Source: Candidatus Cloacimonadota bacterium
GTDB lineage: Bacteria > Cloacimonadota > Cloacimonadia > JGIOTU-2
Direction: 5' to 3'
DNA: 64,000 bases
Assembly: GCA_016932035.1 (NCBI GenBank)
Contig: JAFGDR010000023.1
Location: forward strand, 9,775-73,774
Position numbers and translations under genes: made by a program
Shown here: positions 50,270-61,247 of the stretch, one piece after another
Numbering within the stretch: the first letter of the stretch is position 1
Layout of the letters: each line of letters begins with the position of its first letter
Notes under the pieces: generated by a model
Told to the model about the DNA's origin: nothing
The model's database searches: none
What the model saw: the letters and a program-made list of their open reading frames with translations, nothing else

Positions 50270-51322
50270 ATGGCTTTGTGCTTTTCTTTTGCTATGAAAA
50301 AAAGAATCGTTCAGATTAGTTTTATTATAATACTTCTTGTTGTGATATACGTGCGCATCAATCATGAGAGAAGTAAACCTATCAAAGAAACAAGGTTTGC
50401 ACTCGGTACCTTTGTTACTCTTGATATACAGGACAAAAATCCACATAATAAAGAGATTATCGATTCGGTTTTTGCTCTTATAAAAACTTTGGAAGAACAA
50501 TTCTCAAGCACCTATGAAAGTAGTGAAACAAGCAGTTTAAATGCCTGCCGTGATTCGAGTAATATTTCGGAAAGCATGGCGAAACTTCTTAAAATATCTG
50601 AAAAAGTTAGTACAGATACTGAAGGTGCATTTGATGTAACAGTTGGAATACTGCTGCCATACTATGATTTTATTGAAGAGCTGATGCCATCAAAAACGAT
50701 GATCGATTCACTTAAATCGTTGGTTGATTTCAACAAAATATATGTAAACGATTCTATCTTTTTTAAGAATGATCCGAGAATACGAATAGATTTTGGCGGT
50801 ATTGCAAAGGGATTTATAGTTGATAAGGCAGTTCAATATCTTAAAGATCAAGGAATCAAGTATGCTGTTATCAATGCAGGAGGTGATCTCTATGTTATGG
50901 AGAATCCACAAACTGATGTCTGGAAGATTGGTATCCAGCACCCCAGGAATGAGGAACTTCTGGGTTCTCTGGAAGTGAAAAATATGGCAGTAGTCACTTC
51001 GGGAGATTATGAGCAATTCTTCATAAAAGAAAGAGTTCGTATTCATCACATACTTGATCCTCAAACAGGATATCCTGCAGATAAATCAGTTTCTATTACG
51101 GTCATAGCACCTGATGCAACCTATGCTGATGCAATGTGTACAGCTCTATTTGTTATGGGACCGGACAAAGGGATCCAATTTATCAACAAGAAGGATAGTA
51201 TTGATGCATTGATTGTTTTTGAGAAAAACGGCTATCTTTATTATGATGTTTCAGAAAATTTTGACAAGTATAACTTCACACTTTTAGATTCAACAGTGTA
51301 TCTCATCAAGGAAAATAAATAA
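50270..51322 (+). CDS. apbE: FAD:protein FMN transferase (ApbE family)
   Basis: ApbE motifs (GGIAKGFIVDKAV, NAGGDLYV, WKIGIQHPR, VVTSGDYEQFF, HHILDPQTGYPA, DATYADAMCTALFVMG). An alternative start at ATG 50294 (MKKRIV..., TM anchor) is equally plausible. Confidence 0.8.
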   Translation: MALCFSFAMKKRIVQISFIIILLVVIYVRINHERSKPIKETRFALGTFVTLDIQDKNPHNKEIIDSVFALIKTLEEQFSSTYESSETSSLNACRDSSNISESMAKLLKISEKVSTDTEGAFDVTVGILLPYYDFIEELMPSKTMIDSLKSLVDFNKIYVNDSIFFKNDPRIRIDFGGIAKGFIVDKAVQYLKDQGIKYAVINAGGDLYVMENPQTDVWKIGIQHPRNEELLGSLEVKNMAVVTSGDYEQFFIKERVRIHHILDPQTGYPADKSVSITVIAPDATYADAMCTALFVMGPDKGIQFINKKDSIDALIVFEKNGYLYYDVSENFDKYNFTLLDSTVYLIKENK

Positions 51323-52089
51323 TGCTTAACGATGTTCAAGGCCAGAAAGATTCACGGCAGATCCCGATAAACAAGGTCGGAGTGAAAGGAATCAAATATC
51401 CTGTTGTTCTGCAGGATAGAAGAAATAACGAACAGAACTCAGTAGCAGATATCAATATGTATGTAGAACTTCCTCACAATTTCAGAGGAACACATATGAG
51501 CCGGTTTATCGAGATACTACATCACTACCACAGAGAAACGATCATAGATAATCTTGAGGAACTGCTTGAGGAAATGAAATTAAAACTCGATGCTGATGTC
51601 GCATATATTGAGATTGAATTTCCATACTTCATAAAAAAATCGGCTCCAGTAACAAAAGAAGAATCATTATCATCATACCAGTGTGGATTTAAAGCAAACT
51701 TACGTGATACTTTTCATATGGAAATGTATGCAATAGTACCTGTTCTTTCTCTATGCCCGTGTTCAAAAGAAATAAGCACAAACAGCGCACACAATCAGAG
51801 AGCGTATGTGACGGTCAATATTGTCTACAATAAGTTCATATGGCTTGAAGAAATCATTGAAATTGCAGAGAATGCGGCTAGTTGCCAGGTTTACTCGCTA
51901 TTGAAAAGACCTGATGAAAAGTATGTAACAGAGAAGAGTTATAATAATCCAAAATTCGTTGAAGATATTGCACGAGAAATAGCAGTTTCTTTGAAAAATG
52001 ATAGAAGAATAGTCCGTTTCTCGGTAGAAGCCGAAAGCATGGAGTCCATTCACAATCATAATGCTTATGCTATGATCACGTATCCATAA
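51322..52089 (+). CDS. folE2: GTP cyclohydrolase FolE2/MptA family
   Basis: N-terminus MLNDVQGQKDSRQIPINKVGVKGIKYPV and later HMSRF plus the Cys cluster CPCSKE fit the FolE2 (DUF198) family. Its start overlaps the apbE stop (TAATG). Confidence 0.7.
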   Translation: MLNDVQGQKDSRQIPINKVGVKGIKYPVVLQDRRNNEQNSVADINMYVELPHNFRGTHMSRFIEILHHYHRETIIDNLEELLEEMKLKLDADVAYIEIEFPYFIKKSAPVTKEESLSSYQCGFKANLRDTFHMEMYAIVPVLSLCPCSKEISTNSAHNQRAYVTVNIVYNKFIWLEEIIEIAENAASCQVYSLLKRPDEKYVTEKSYNNPKFVEDIAREIAVSLKNDRRIVRFSVEAESMESIHNHNAYAMITYP

Positions 52090-52098
52090 AGGAGTTCT

Positions 52099-52863
52099 AT
52101 GGTAAAAAGAGATGACATTGTACAATTTTGTAATGAATGCTTGCAAGCAGATACGTTTAAAGACTACTGCTATAATGGCCTGCAGATCGAAGGTAAAAAA
52201 GAGATAGAAAGTATTGTTATTGGTGTAAGTTTATCAAGACGATTCATTGAAAAAGCAATTGAAGAAAATACTGATATGATAATCGTTCATCATGGGCTTT
52301 TTAAAAGTCAGCTTGGAGATCCACCACGAATTGCAGGTATATTTAGAGAGAGAATTAAACTCATTCTGGATAATGACATCAATCTCTGCGGATATCATCT
52401 TCCTCTTGATGCTCATCCAGAAATTGGGAATAATATCAGTCTTGCCAGATTATTTGAGCTTCAAAACATTGAAACGCTTCATTCTCCCTATTATGGTGAA
52501 ATCGGTTATATTGGTGAATTACAGAATTCAATGAAATTCATCGATTTTGTTGAGTTTGTCGATCATAAACTTCATACAAATTCATATTTTCTTGCAGCAG
52601 GACCTTCTGTTGTTTCAAGAATCGGTATCGTTTCTGGTGGTGGATCCCTTGAATATTCAGGTGCACTTGAAAAAAAGGCAGACACATTTCTCACTGGTGA
52701 GATAAGAGAGAATATTGTAAGAGAAGTAGAAGAGTATCACATCAATTTTATTAATGCAGGACATTACAATACTGAAAAACTGGGCATAAAGAATCTCGGT
52801 ACGCTTCTTTCTGAGAAGTATGGAATACGAATAAAATTTATTGATATTCCTTGTAGTATATAA
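52099..52863 (+). CDS. Nif3-like dinuclear metal centre protein (YbgI/YqfO family)
   Basis: AAGGAG RBS. NIF3 N-terminal domain (GLQIEGKKEIESIVIGVSLS...DMIIVHHGLF) and C-terminal half (GVSGGGS...INAGHYNTE). Confidence 0.8.
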   Translation: MVKRDDIVQFCNECLQADTFKDYCYNGLQIEGKKEIESIVIGVSLSRRFIEKAIEENTDMIIVHHGLFKSQLGDPPRIAGIFRERIKLILDNDINLCGYHLPLDAHPEIGNNISLARLFELQNIETLHSPYYGEIGYIGELQNSMKFIDFVEFVDHKLHTNSYFLAAGPSVVSRIGIVSGGGSLEYSGALEKKADTFLTGEIRENIVREVEEYHINFINAGHYNTEKLGIKNLGTLLSEKYGIRIKFIDIPCSI

Positions 52864-52925
52864 TACATTATTGACAGAAAAATTTTAAGTTAATAAATAT
52901 TGGTTATTCACATTAAGGAGACACA

Positions 52926-54203
52926 ATGATTGGCGGTCCTTCAAAGAAAAAAATCTTAGAAGAGCTTGAGCAAAAGACTAAGCGCATTCGAGAATTAGAG
53001 ATAATGGAGAGTAAATACCAGCAGACTCGTGAAAATCTCCTTCAAATAGCACGAAATCTAAACCAGAGAATCAGCGAAGTAAAATGTCTGTATAACATAA
53101 CGAGTCTCGTTGAAAAACCGAATATTACCATTGATGGCATTTTGAAAGGAACGATCGAGCAAGTACCAAAAGCCTGGCAATATCCGGAGATCACGTGCGC
53201 AAAAGTTACATGGGGGACTAAAGAGTTCAAAACCGAAAACTATCATAATCCGATTTCATATCTAAAGAGTGACATCAAGGTGTATGGAGAATCCGTTGGA
53301 ACGATTGAGGTTGGCTACCTCGAAAAGAAACCCGATAGTTTTGAAGGTCCTTTTACCAAGGATGAGCGAGAACTTCTCAATTCGATTGCAAAACAACTCG
53401 GTCGAATTATTGAACAAAAGCAAGCTGAAGAGGGGCTTGTCAGACTACAGAAAGCTATCGAGACCATGCGCCTTGGCGTAACAATTACAGACCAAGACCG
53501 AAATATTGTATACACTAATCCTGCAGATGCAAAAATGCACGGTTACAATGTTGATGAGCTCATCGGACAGGATGTTCGCATATTTTCTCCTAAAGAGAAT
53601 ATTTCACCAGTAGATGAGATCGATAAATGGAAAGGTATGACACGGGAAAGTGTTAACGTTCGCAAAGATGGATCTTCTTTCCCGGTTCGTCTTATTTCAG
53701 ATGTTGTAAAAAATAATGAAGGCGAGAATGTTGGATTCGTTACAATCTCAGAGGATTTAACCGAACGGATGAGTGCAGAGCACGCAAAGAAAGCATTCGA
53801 AACAATGCGATTAGGTGTCACACTCGCCGATACTGACAGAAGGATCATTTATACAAATCCTGCCGATGCTGCGATGCACGGATATGATGTTAGCGAACTT
53901 CTTGGAAAGGATGTGAGAATATTTTCACCTCCTGACCTTCATAAATACACCACAAAAGGCGAAATCACGAAATGGAAGGGGAAAGTAAGGGAAAGTATTA
54001 ACGTTCGAAAAGATGGCTCTTTATTCGCTGTACGTCTTATTACTGATGTGGTAAAGAATATGCGCGGTGAAACAATTGCTTTTGTGACAATCTCTGAGGA
54101 TATTTCAGATAGAGTTAAAATTCATGAAGTTGATACTGAAAAAGAGAGTAAAGAAAAATTAAATTTCGAGCGCGACGAGAAACTCGTGGACAAAAAAGAA
54201 TAA
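52926..54203 (+). CDS. Tandem PAS-domain protein with N-terminal coiled coil and no recognisable output domain
   Basis: Two near-duplicate PAS modules (ETMRLGVTITDQDRNIVYTNPADAKMHGYNVDELIGQDVRIFSP... and ETMRLGVTLADTDRRIIYTNPADAAMHGYDVSELLGKDVRIFSP...), each followed by ..SINVRKDGS.F.VRLI.DVVKN..GE...FVTISEDI. Confidence 0.7.
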   Translation: MIGGPSKKKILEELEQKTKRIRELEIMESKYQQTRENLLQIARNLNQRISEVKCLYNITSLVEKPNITIDGILKGTIEQVPKAWQYPEITCAKVTWGTKEFKTENYHNPISYLKSDIKVYGESVGTIEVGYLEKKPDSFEGPFTKDERELLNSIAKQLGRIIEQKQAEEGLVRLQKAIETMRLGVTITDQDRNIVYTNPADAKMHGYNVDELIGQDVRIFSPKENISPVDEIDKWKGMTRESVNVRKDGSSFPVRLISDVVKNNEGENVGFVTISEDLTERMSAEHAKKAFETMRLGVTLADTDRRIIYTNPADAAMHGYDVSELLGKDVRIFSPPDLHKYTTKGEITKWKGKVRESINVRKDGSLFAVRLITDVVKNMRGETIAFVTISEDISDRVKIHEVDTEKESKEKLNFERDEKLVDKKE

Positions 54204-54225
54204 GCCAATTTTCTCAATATATACA

Positions 54226-54254
54226 AACCTCTCAATTGTGAGAGGTTTTTTTTA
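54226..54254. terminator. Bidirectional rho-independent terminator
   Basis: Stem AACCTCTCA/TGAGAGGTT with loop ATTG followed by T8, between the convergent PAS and phosphatase genes. Confidence 0.65.
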
Positions 54255-55037
54255 TTCTACAATTTCAAGAAGTGATGCTTTATGCTGTAAGCTTTCTTCT
54301 CCTGATAGCCAGCGGTCAACACCATGATATAATGCTTTTGCCCATGAACCATGCATTGGATTTGGTAATATAATGAATCTCCGTCCCCACTCAGCCTGTA
54401 AGGAATCAGTGATACTTTTTCTTTCCTCAATTGATTTTTGATAAAATTCTCCACTGAAATCAACTGAATTATCACCGATATAAAGAATAACAGCATAATC
54501 CTCAGCAACTTTATCGCGTCTTCCTTGCTTGGAATGATCTGAACCACGCATAAGGAGATGATGACTATCTGCTTGTGGAAGCCCAAGATCGATGATCTGC
54601 TGGAGTGTTATATCTGTACAATCATCCCTGCGGTTCGTAACGTAAAAAATCGTATATCCTTCTTTATCAATATAGTGAAGGAATTCTATTGAACCTGGTA
54701 TAGGTTCTGCATCTCCTGAAGCGATCCATTCATAAAATTCTTTGGGATACTCCTGCTCTCTCAAAACTCCAGTGGCATTGTATTTCGCATTGAAGATGAC
54801 TGTTTCATCCAGATCGAGAATCACAGCACGGGGCTTTGGCCATTCCTTCATAAGATCCATATGAATTCTATCCCGTGCAACATTGAATGCTTGATAACAT
54901 AAGGCACGATACTCTGACGATGTTTGCTGCCATAGCGCTGCAGTCAGGTCTTCTTTCTCATTAAACAAATCATCTGCAATCAGGAAACTTGAGATAATTA
55001 CTAATGTTGAAATTACTACTACTACTTTTTTATTCAT
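54252..55037 (-). CDS. HAD-superfamily class B acid phosphatase / 5'-nucleotidase, lipoprotein e(P4) family
   Basis: Signal peptide. DDDD-type HAD motifs (AVILDLDETVIFN ... YVTNRRD ... YIGDNSVDF). AAGGA RBS. Confidence 0.7.
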   Translation of the reverse strand: MNKKVVVVISTLVIISSFLIADDLFNEKEDLTAALWQQTSSEYRALCYQAFNVARDRIHMDLMKEWPKPRAVILDLDETVIFNAKYNATGVLREQEYPKEFYEWIASGDAEPIPGSIEFLHYIDKEGYTIFYVTNRRDDCTDITLQQIIDLGLPQADSHHLLMRGSDHSKQGRRDKVAEDYAVILYIGDNSVDFSGEFYQKSIEERKSITDSLQAEWGRRFIILPNPMHGSWAKALYHGVDRWLSGEESLQHKASLLEIVE

Positions 55038-55049
55038 ATTTTCCTTTCA

Positions 55050-55994
55050 TCAGAACCATTTCCGCCTAATAAATACAATAACACCCACAAGTGCTAGTAA
55101 AACAGATGCAACCATTAATATGACAAATGCATGAGGGGATCGCGCGAACGGCAGGGCTATATTCATGCCGTAGATACTCGATATAAGCGTTGGCAGCATG
55201 AGAATGATCGTTACAGATGTGAGGAATTTCATCACCTTGTTCAAGTTATTCGATATCATCGATGCGAAAGCATCCATCGTACTTCTGAGAATATTTGCAT
55301 GGATCGAAGTCATTTCAATAGCTTGCTTATTATCTATGATCATATCTTCGAGCAGATCTTCATCCTCTTCAAATTTAGTAAATATGCCTACCCGAGATAA
55401 TTTTTCAAGAACAGAACTGTTTGACCGGAGCGATGTTGCGAAATACACTAAACTTTTCTGCAGATCGAGAAGATCCATAAGCAGTTCGTTATTCATGGAT
55501 TCTTCCAACTGGTCTTCAATACTATTAGATATTCTGTTGATTCTTTTAAGATAATTCAAATATACGGTGGCGGTTCTGGATAATATTTGCAAAATTAACC
55601 GATTTCTTTTGGCGGTTGAAAAATTTTTCACTCTCCCTTTCACGAAATTCTGTAGCACATCATCATCTTTTGAAGAAACCGTGATTATGCAACTATCAGT
55701 GAGAATGATTCCCAGGGGCAGCGTTATAAATTGAATAGCAGCTTCTTCATCATCCTCGAAATAGGGGGTTTGTGTAATAATTAATCGTTTACCATCTTCA
55801 AGCTCCATACGGGGACTCTCATCTATATCAAGAGGGTCTTCGATAAAATCCTTAGGAATATCAAATGTAGAAGTGACCAACTCGATCTCTTCTTTGGTCG
55901 GGGATACAAGATATACCCAGATATTTTCTTCGAGAAGATCGTACTGCTCATTCTCGGTAAATACTCCATCCGCAGTTTTAAATACTTTTATCAT
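55050..55994 (-). CDS. corA: CorA family magnesium/cobalt transporter
   Basis: C-terminal two TM helices with the YGMN motif (SSIYGMNIALPFA), preceded by a cytoplasmic alpha/beta domain. Confidence 0.8.
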   Translation of the reverse strand: MIKVFKTADGVFTENEQYDLLEENIWVYLVSPTKEEIELVTSTFDIPKDFIEDPLDIDESPRMELEDGKRLIITQTPYFEDDEEAAIQFITLPLGIILTDSCIITVSSKDDDVLQNFVKGRVKNFSTAKRNRLILQILSRTATVYLNYLKRINRISNSIEDQLEESMNNELLMDLLDLQKSLVYFATSLRSNSSVLEKLSRVGIFTKFEEDEDLLEDMIIDNKQAIEMTSIHANILRSTMDAFASMISNNLNKVMKFLTSVTIILMLPTLISSIYGMNIALPFARSPHAFVILMVASVLLALVGVIVFIRRKWF

Positions 55995-56160
55995 AGTAAC
56001 CTGCCGCTCATTATGGTTATGGAGAAAACACGATGTGTACTTTTCATTGTCAAGGAAATGAAAGTTGATTCAGCAACTGACAGTTTTCTTGACGAGTATA
56101 GGATTGTAAAATTTTAAGTGAATATAGTCTATTTCAGCTAAATAAAGCAATTGAGGATAC

Positions 56161-58383
56161 ATGAATCCTGAGATCACGCAAGAACTCATTGAAGAGCACG
56201 GTCTTTCTCAAGAAGAATACCAGCGCATACTATCGATTTTAGGACGAGATCCCACAATCACTGAACTCGGAATTTTCTCTGTTATGTGGTCGGAACACGC
56301 CAGTTATAAAAATTCAATTCTACAACTGAAAACTCTTCCGCGATCAGGTGAATGCCTTCTTAAGGATGCAGGTGAAGAGAATGCTGGTGTCGTGGATATT
56401 GGAGACGGACTTGCGGTGGCATTTAAGATCGAGAGTCATAATCATCCATCCGCTCTGGAACCATACCAGGGAGCAGCAACAGGTGTGGGTGGAATTCTCA
56501 GGGATGTCTTTACTATGGGTGCACGTCCCATTGCATCATTGAATTCACTTCGGTTCGGTTCGCTGGATAATCCTCATGTGAAGCACCTTCTCAAAGGTGT
56601 GGTTAAAGGGATTGCTGATTACGGCAACTGTATGGGAATTCCAACGGTTGCGGGAGAAATCTATTTTGATGACAGCTATGAGGGAAATCCTCTGGTAAAT
56701 GCGATGACGGTAGGGACTATAAAATATGAACACATTGCTACTGCTGCTGCTTATGGCGTGGGTAATTATGTCTTATATGTTGGTTCTTCAACAGGTAGGG
56801 ACGGCATTCATGGTGCAACTTTTGCATCTGTTGAACTGACAGAAGAGTCAGCAGAAAAACGAACTTCTGTGCAAGTAGGGGATCCGTTTATGGAGAAACT
56901 ACTTCTCGAAGCAACTCTCGAAGTAATAAAAAAGGAACTTGTTGTGGGTATCCAGGATATGGGTGCAGCCGGTTTAACTTGTTCGTCATCTGAAATGGCT
57001 GCAAAAGCTGGAACCGGTTTTGATATAGATGTTTCTCTCGTTCCTAAAAGAGAAACAGGAATGACCCCTTATGAAATCATGTTGTCCGAATCACAGGAAC
57101 GCATGCTGTTGGTGATCGAACCGATAAATTTCAAGAAAGTACAGGAAATCTATGAGAAATGGGATCTGCATGTAGTGAAGATCGGTGAAGTGATTGAGAA
57201 TGGAAATCTACGTGTACGAGAAAACGGTATTATTATTGCTAATATTCCAGCTCAAACACTCGTTCTTGGTGGTGATGCGCCAGTCTATACACGAGAGATT
57301 CAGTATCCTGAATATCTTCATGATTTGCATTCTTTTGATCAAGACAGTGTGGAAGAACCAGAAGATTATAATGAAATCCTGAAAAAATTACTCTCTTCTT
57401 CAAACATAGCAAGTAAAAACTATGTGTACACTCAGTATGACCATATGGTGAGGATCAATTCTGTGATCGAACCCGGTTCGGATGCGGCAGTTGTAAGGAT
57501 AAAAGGTACAAAGAAAGCTCTTGCTATGACCACAGATTGCAATGGAAAATACTGTTATCTCGATCCCTATGAAGGAACAAAAGGAGCAGTTGCAGAAGCT
57601 GCTAGAAATATAGTATGCTCCGGAGGAAAACCGCTTGCGATAACAAACTGTCTGAACTTCGGTAATCCATATAAAAAAGATGTTTACTGGTATTTCTCTG
57701 AGTGCATCCGGGGTATGGGAGATGCATGCAGATTTTTCAAAACTCCAGTGACAGGTGGTAATGTCAGTTTCTATAATGAAACGGTCAAGAGTGCTGTTTA
57801 TCCAACACCAGTGATCGGCATGATCGGGCTTCTCGATGATGTTACATTCGCGACTTCTCAGTATTTCAAAGAAGTAGGAGATGTCATTGTTCTTTTGGGA
57901 AAACATTGCAATTCGATTGCAGCTTCGGAATATTTAGCAATTGAACATAAATTGATAGCAGGTCATGCACCAGAAATCGATCTTGAATTTGAACAGAGAG
58001 TTCAGAATGTATGTTATGATGCTATTCATAATGGATTTATTCAATCAGCGCACGATTGTTCGGAAGGTGGTTTGGCGGTTGCACTTGTAGAATCGTGCTT
58101 CAATCCCCATGGTCTTCTGGGAGCAAAACTATCAATCGATTTGATGAATCGTGCTGATGCAGAACTTTTCGGTGAATCTCATTCACGAATTATTCTTAGT
58201 TTGAAAGAAGAGAATATCTCATCTCTTAAGCAAATTATTAAAAAATACAATATACCATACTCAATTATTGGAAAAGTTACTGAAGCCAGATTTGATATCA
58301 ATCATCTTATTTCTCTTGATGTAAGAGAGTTATACGATCTTTGGTACCATTCTATTCGAAAGAAAATGGAGTCCGTCACATGA
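56161..58383 (+). CDS. purL: Phosphoribosylformylglycinamidine synthase subunit PurL (FGAM synthase II)
   Basis: 740 aa with PurL AIR-synthase-related repeats ([24 protein letters not shown], ...). GAGGA RBS. Ends in a TGA that overlaps the lgt ATG. Confidence 0.9.
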   Translation: MNPEITQELIEEHGLSQEEYQRILSILGRDPTITELGIFSVMWSEHASYKNSILQLKTLPRSGECLLKDAGEENAGVVDIGDGLAVAFKIESHNHPSALEPYQGAATGVGGILRDVFTMGARPIASLNSLRFGSLDNPHVKHLLKGVVKGIADYGNCMGIPTVAGEIYFDDSYEGNPLVNAMTVGTIKYEHIATAAAYGVGNYVLYVGSSTGRDGIHGATFASVELTEESAEKRTSVQVGDPFMEKLLLEATLEVIKKELVVGIQDMGAAGLTCSSSEMAAKAGTGFDIDVSLVPKRETGMTPYEIMLSESQERMLLVIEPINFKKVQEIYEKWDLHVVKIGEVIENGNLRVRENGIIIANIPAQTLVLGGDAPVYTREIQYPEYLHDLHSFDQDSVEEPEDYNEILKKLLSSSNIASKNYVYTQYDHMVRINSVIEPGSDAAVVRIKGTKKALAMTTDCNGKYCYLDPYEGTKGAVAEAARNIVCSGGKPLAITNCLNFGNPYKKDVYWYFSECIRGMGDACRFFKTPVTGGNVSFYNETVKSAVYPTPVIGMIGLLDDVTFATSQYFKEVGDVIVLLGKHCNSIAASEYLAIEHKLIAGHAPEIDLEFEQRVQNVCYDAIHNGFIQSAHDCSEGGLAVALVESCFNPHGLLGAKLSIDLMNRADAELFGESHSRIILSLKEENISSLKQIIKKYNIPYSIIGKVTEARFDINHLISLDVRELYDLWYHSIRKKMESVT

Positions 58384-59219
58384 TCCCATTCCCTGAAATA
58401 AATCCCGATCTCGTTACAATTCCCGAATTTTCGATAGGATCATTAACCATTGGACCACTACACATCCGATGGTATGCAATGATGTATATCATTTCATTCG
58501 CCATCGCTTACTTCCTATTAAAGAAGCTTTACAAAGAACGGGATGTCCACATCAAAAAAGAAAATTTCGAGAACCTGTTTTTCTATTTGATGCTTGGTGT
58601 AATCATTGGTGGAAGACTCGGCTATATGGTGTTTTATAACTTCAATGAGATATTCCGTCACCCTCTCGAAATATTTGCGGTTTGGCACGGTGGGATGTCC
58701 TTTCATGGCGGTATGATAGCAGCAATATTCTTCGGATATTTGTTTTGCAAAAAATACCATTATGATTTCTACAAATTAGCTGATCCGACAGTCGTTGTAG
58801 CGCCGATTGGACTTGCACTTGGAAGATTTGGTAATTTCATAAACGGCGAATTGTACGGAAGACCGACCGACCTTCCATGGGGAATGATCTTCCCTGGAGA
58901 ACAGATTCCCAGACATCCGTCACAACTCTATGAGATGTTCCTAGAAGGTATCGTACTTTTTCTTATACTTTTTATTCTTGTTAAGAAAAATATGCGCAAG
59001 GGAATGGTATTCTGGAGTTTTATTTTCTTTTATGGACTCTTCAGATTCCTCGTGGAATTCCTTCGAGAACCGGATGCACATCTCGGACATCTTATCGGCT
59101 TTATGACGATGGGACAAATATTGAGCTTATGTATGATCATAGCTGGAATTGTTGGATATATTTCGATTTTCAGGAAAAAGCCAATACCTCCTGACGAAGA
59201 GGATTTCGATGAAGAATAA
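58380..59219 (+). CDS. lgt: Prolipoprotein diacylglyceryl transferase
   Basis: Lgt signatures ([62 protein letters not shown]). The ATG at 58380 overlaps the purL stop; the ORF track begins at 58341. Confidence 0.88.
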   Translation: MIPFPEINPDLVTIPEFSIGSLTIGPLHIRWYAMMYIISFAIAYFLLKKLYKERDVHIKKENFENLFFYLMLGVIIGGRLGYMVFYNFNEIFRHPLEIFAVWHGGMSFHGGMIAAIFFGYLFCKKYHYDFYKLADPTVVVAPIGLALGRFGNFINGELYGRPTDLPWGMIFPGEQIPRHPSQLYEMFLEGIVLFLILFILVKKNMRKGMVFWSFIFFYGLFRFLVEFLREPDAHLGHLIGFMTMGQILSLCMIIAGIVGYISIFRKKPIPPDEEDFDEE

Positions 59220-59919
59220 GTTATTTATAATTACAATAACAGTCCTTAGTCTTGTCGCTTGTGCATCAGTCTCGAAAGATAACTATAGCACGTTTGAAAT
59301 TCAAAATAAGATAATAGAAAAACTCGCCTATCTTCAAGAGTGCAGAGCTGAGGGATTAGCAACGATAAATTACAATAATTTTGAAATAAAAACCAACTTC
59401 TTACTTCGGAAAAAGAATTCATCAGTTAGGATAGACGTTTTTTCAAGCGGTATTCTTGGTCTGAGTCCCAGCCCCAAAGCTCAAATTGTATTAGAAGATA
59501 ATTTCGTAAATGTGTTTATTCCGGATCAGAAACAACTCACGATCACACGGCTCATTCCTGCCGATTCATTAATCAATGTTCAGGATATCGTGGCAACTTA
59601 TAGTGTTGTAGAAAGTTTTGGATATTATATTGCATCTCCTTTTAATGGAGTGTATTATATCTTTGATAAAAAACTTCGTCTTGAATCTGTTCAGGTTCGC
59701 GATATACGCATTCAATTCTCGGAGTATAAAAAGGATTTACCTCATAAAATAACTGTACTTCAGAAGAAGATCGAAATTATCTCGCTCAATATTGATAAAT
59801 GGAATTTTCAATTCATCAATGAGAATATTTTCGATTTTGAGGTTCCATCAAATGTACAGATCGAAGCAAACGAGCTTGATCTTACAATACCTGTAGAAAT
59901 AATCGAGGAGGACGAATGA
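59209..59919 (+). CDS. Hypothetical lipoprotein
   Basis: The internal ATG at 59209 overlaps the lgt stop. Lipoprotein signal [18 protein letters not shown]. About 230-aa beta-rich body. It ends with a TGA stop overlapping the purB ATG. Confidence 0.5.
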   Translation: MKNKLFIITITVLSLVACASVSKDNYSTFEIQNKIIEKLAYLQECRAEGLATINYNNFEIKTNFLLRKKNSSVRIDVFSSGILGLSPSPKAQIVLEDNFVNVFIPDQKQLTITRLIPADSLINVQDIVATYSVVESFGYYIASPFNGVYYIFDKKLRLESVQVRDIRIQFSEYKKDLPHKITVLQKKIEIISLNIDKWNFQFINENIFDFEVPSNVQIEANELDLTIPVEIIEEDE

Positions 59920-61211
59920 TCTCTCGATATATGTTACCGGAGATGGATCATTTATGGAGTCTTGAAAACAAGTTTTCAACTTGGCTCCAAATTGAGATCG
60001 CTGCAGCTGAAGCAATGAATAAGCTTGGCTTCGTTCCTGATGCTGATCTCAATAATATCCAGCAGAAAGCCCAATTCATGGTCTCTGAAATCGATGAAAT
60101 TGAGCAGAAGGTTCATCATGATGTAATTGCATTTCTAACGAATGTAGCATCCTATGTGGGACCTTCATCACGTTATATTCATCTTGGTATGACTTCATCT
60201 GATATCATTGATACCGCTAACTCTCTCTTGATGAAACAAGCAGGCGAGATCATTCTCGATTCAATAAAAGAACTTCTGCTTGTTTTGAAAGAACGTGCTT
60301 ATACGTATAAAAATACACTTTGCATAGGAAGGTCTCATGCCATTCATGCAGAACCGACAACCTTTGGATTGAAACTTGCATTATGGTATGATGAGATGAA
60401 ACGAAATCTTGTCCGATGGGAGCAAGCAATCGATATTATCTCGGTTGGTCAAATTTCCGGAGCAGTTGGTAATTATGCTCATCTTCCAATAGAAGTTGAA
60501 ACCTATGTTTGCAAAAAACTCGACTTGAAACCAGTTAATATTTCTACACAGGTGATCCAGCGGGACAGATATGCTGAATATATTTCTGCAATTGCAATCA
60601 TCGGAAGCACGCTTGAAAAGATCGCTTTAGAGATCAGACATCTCCAGCGAACTGAAGTTCATGAAGTTGAAGAAGGTTTTGCAAAACAGCAAAAAGGTTC
60701 TTCAGCAATGCCCCATAAAAAGAATCCCATTATTTCTGAACGTATCTGCGGATTGGCACGCATTTTACGTAGCAATGCGCTTACAGCTTTTGAGAACAAT
60801 GCACTCTGGCACGAGCGAGATATCAGCCACTCCTCTGCTGAAAGAATCATTATTCCGGATTCTACTACGCTAGTGCACTATATGCTTTTTAAAACAACAT
60901 GTCTCATTAAAAATCTTGCGGTTTTTCCTGCAAAGATGAAGCAGAATATTGATTTGACAAATGGACTTATCTTCAGTCAATCGGTTCTTCTCGCGCTTGC
61001 TACAAAAGGTGTCTCTCGGGAGAAAGCATACTATATCGTACAGAGAGCTGCAATGGAATGTTGGAAAACAGCAAAGGACTTTGCAAAAATCTTGTTACGC
61101 GATAAAGAATTTACCAAATTACTCAATGAAGATGAGTTAAGTTCATTATTTAACATGGATAAATTTACCAATAATGTCGATGCAATATTCACAAGAGTGT
61201 TTAATAATTAA
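59916..61211 (+). CDS. purB: Adenylosuccinate lyase
   Basis: Fumarate-lyase family with the PurB N-terminus MISRYMLPEMDHLWSLENKFSTWLQIE and the signature GSSAMPHKKNP. GAGGAGG RBS. Confidence 0.9.
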   Translation: MISRYMLPEMDHLWSLENKFSTWLQIEIAAAEAMNKLGFVPDADLNNIQQKAQFMVSEIDEIEQKVHHDVIAFLTNVASYVGPSSRYIHLGMTSSDIIDTANSLLMKQAGEIILDSIKELLLVLKERAYTYKNTLCIGRSHAIHAEPTTFGLKLALWYDEMKRNLVRWEQAIDIISVGQISGAVGNYAHLPIEVETYVCKKLDLKPVNISTQVIQRDRYAEYISAIAIIGSTLEKIALEIRHLQRTEVHEVEEGFAKQQKGSSAMPHKKNPIISERICGLARILRSNALTAFENNALWHERDISHSSAERIIIPDSTTLVHYMLFKTTCLIKNLAVFPAKMKQNIDLTNGLIFSQSVLLALATKGVSREKAYYIVQRAAMECWKTAKDFAKILLRDKEFTKLLNEDELSSLFNMDKFTNNVDAIFTRVFNN

Positions 61212-61247
61212 TTCAATAAATAATATAAGTTTTACATAGGAGTATTT

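Noticed and set aside
55995-56160. Purine riboswitch or sigma70 promoter in the corA–purL divergent intergenic region
   Set aside because: No guanine-aptamer consensus is recognisable. The TTGACG at 56088 has only a poor -10 (TTTTAA) at 17-nt spacing, so the evidence is too weak to call.
57400-57906. 168-aa minus-strand ORF inside purL; similarly 35299-35730 (-), 49205-49726 (-), 41052-41462 (-) and 1957-2316 (-)
   Set aside because: All are antisense to strongly supported genes (purL, the CTD protein, the membrane operon, the lyase, the C25 protein), with no start context. They are typical spurious ORFs.
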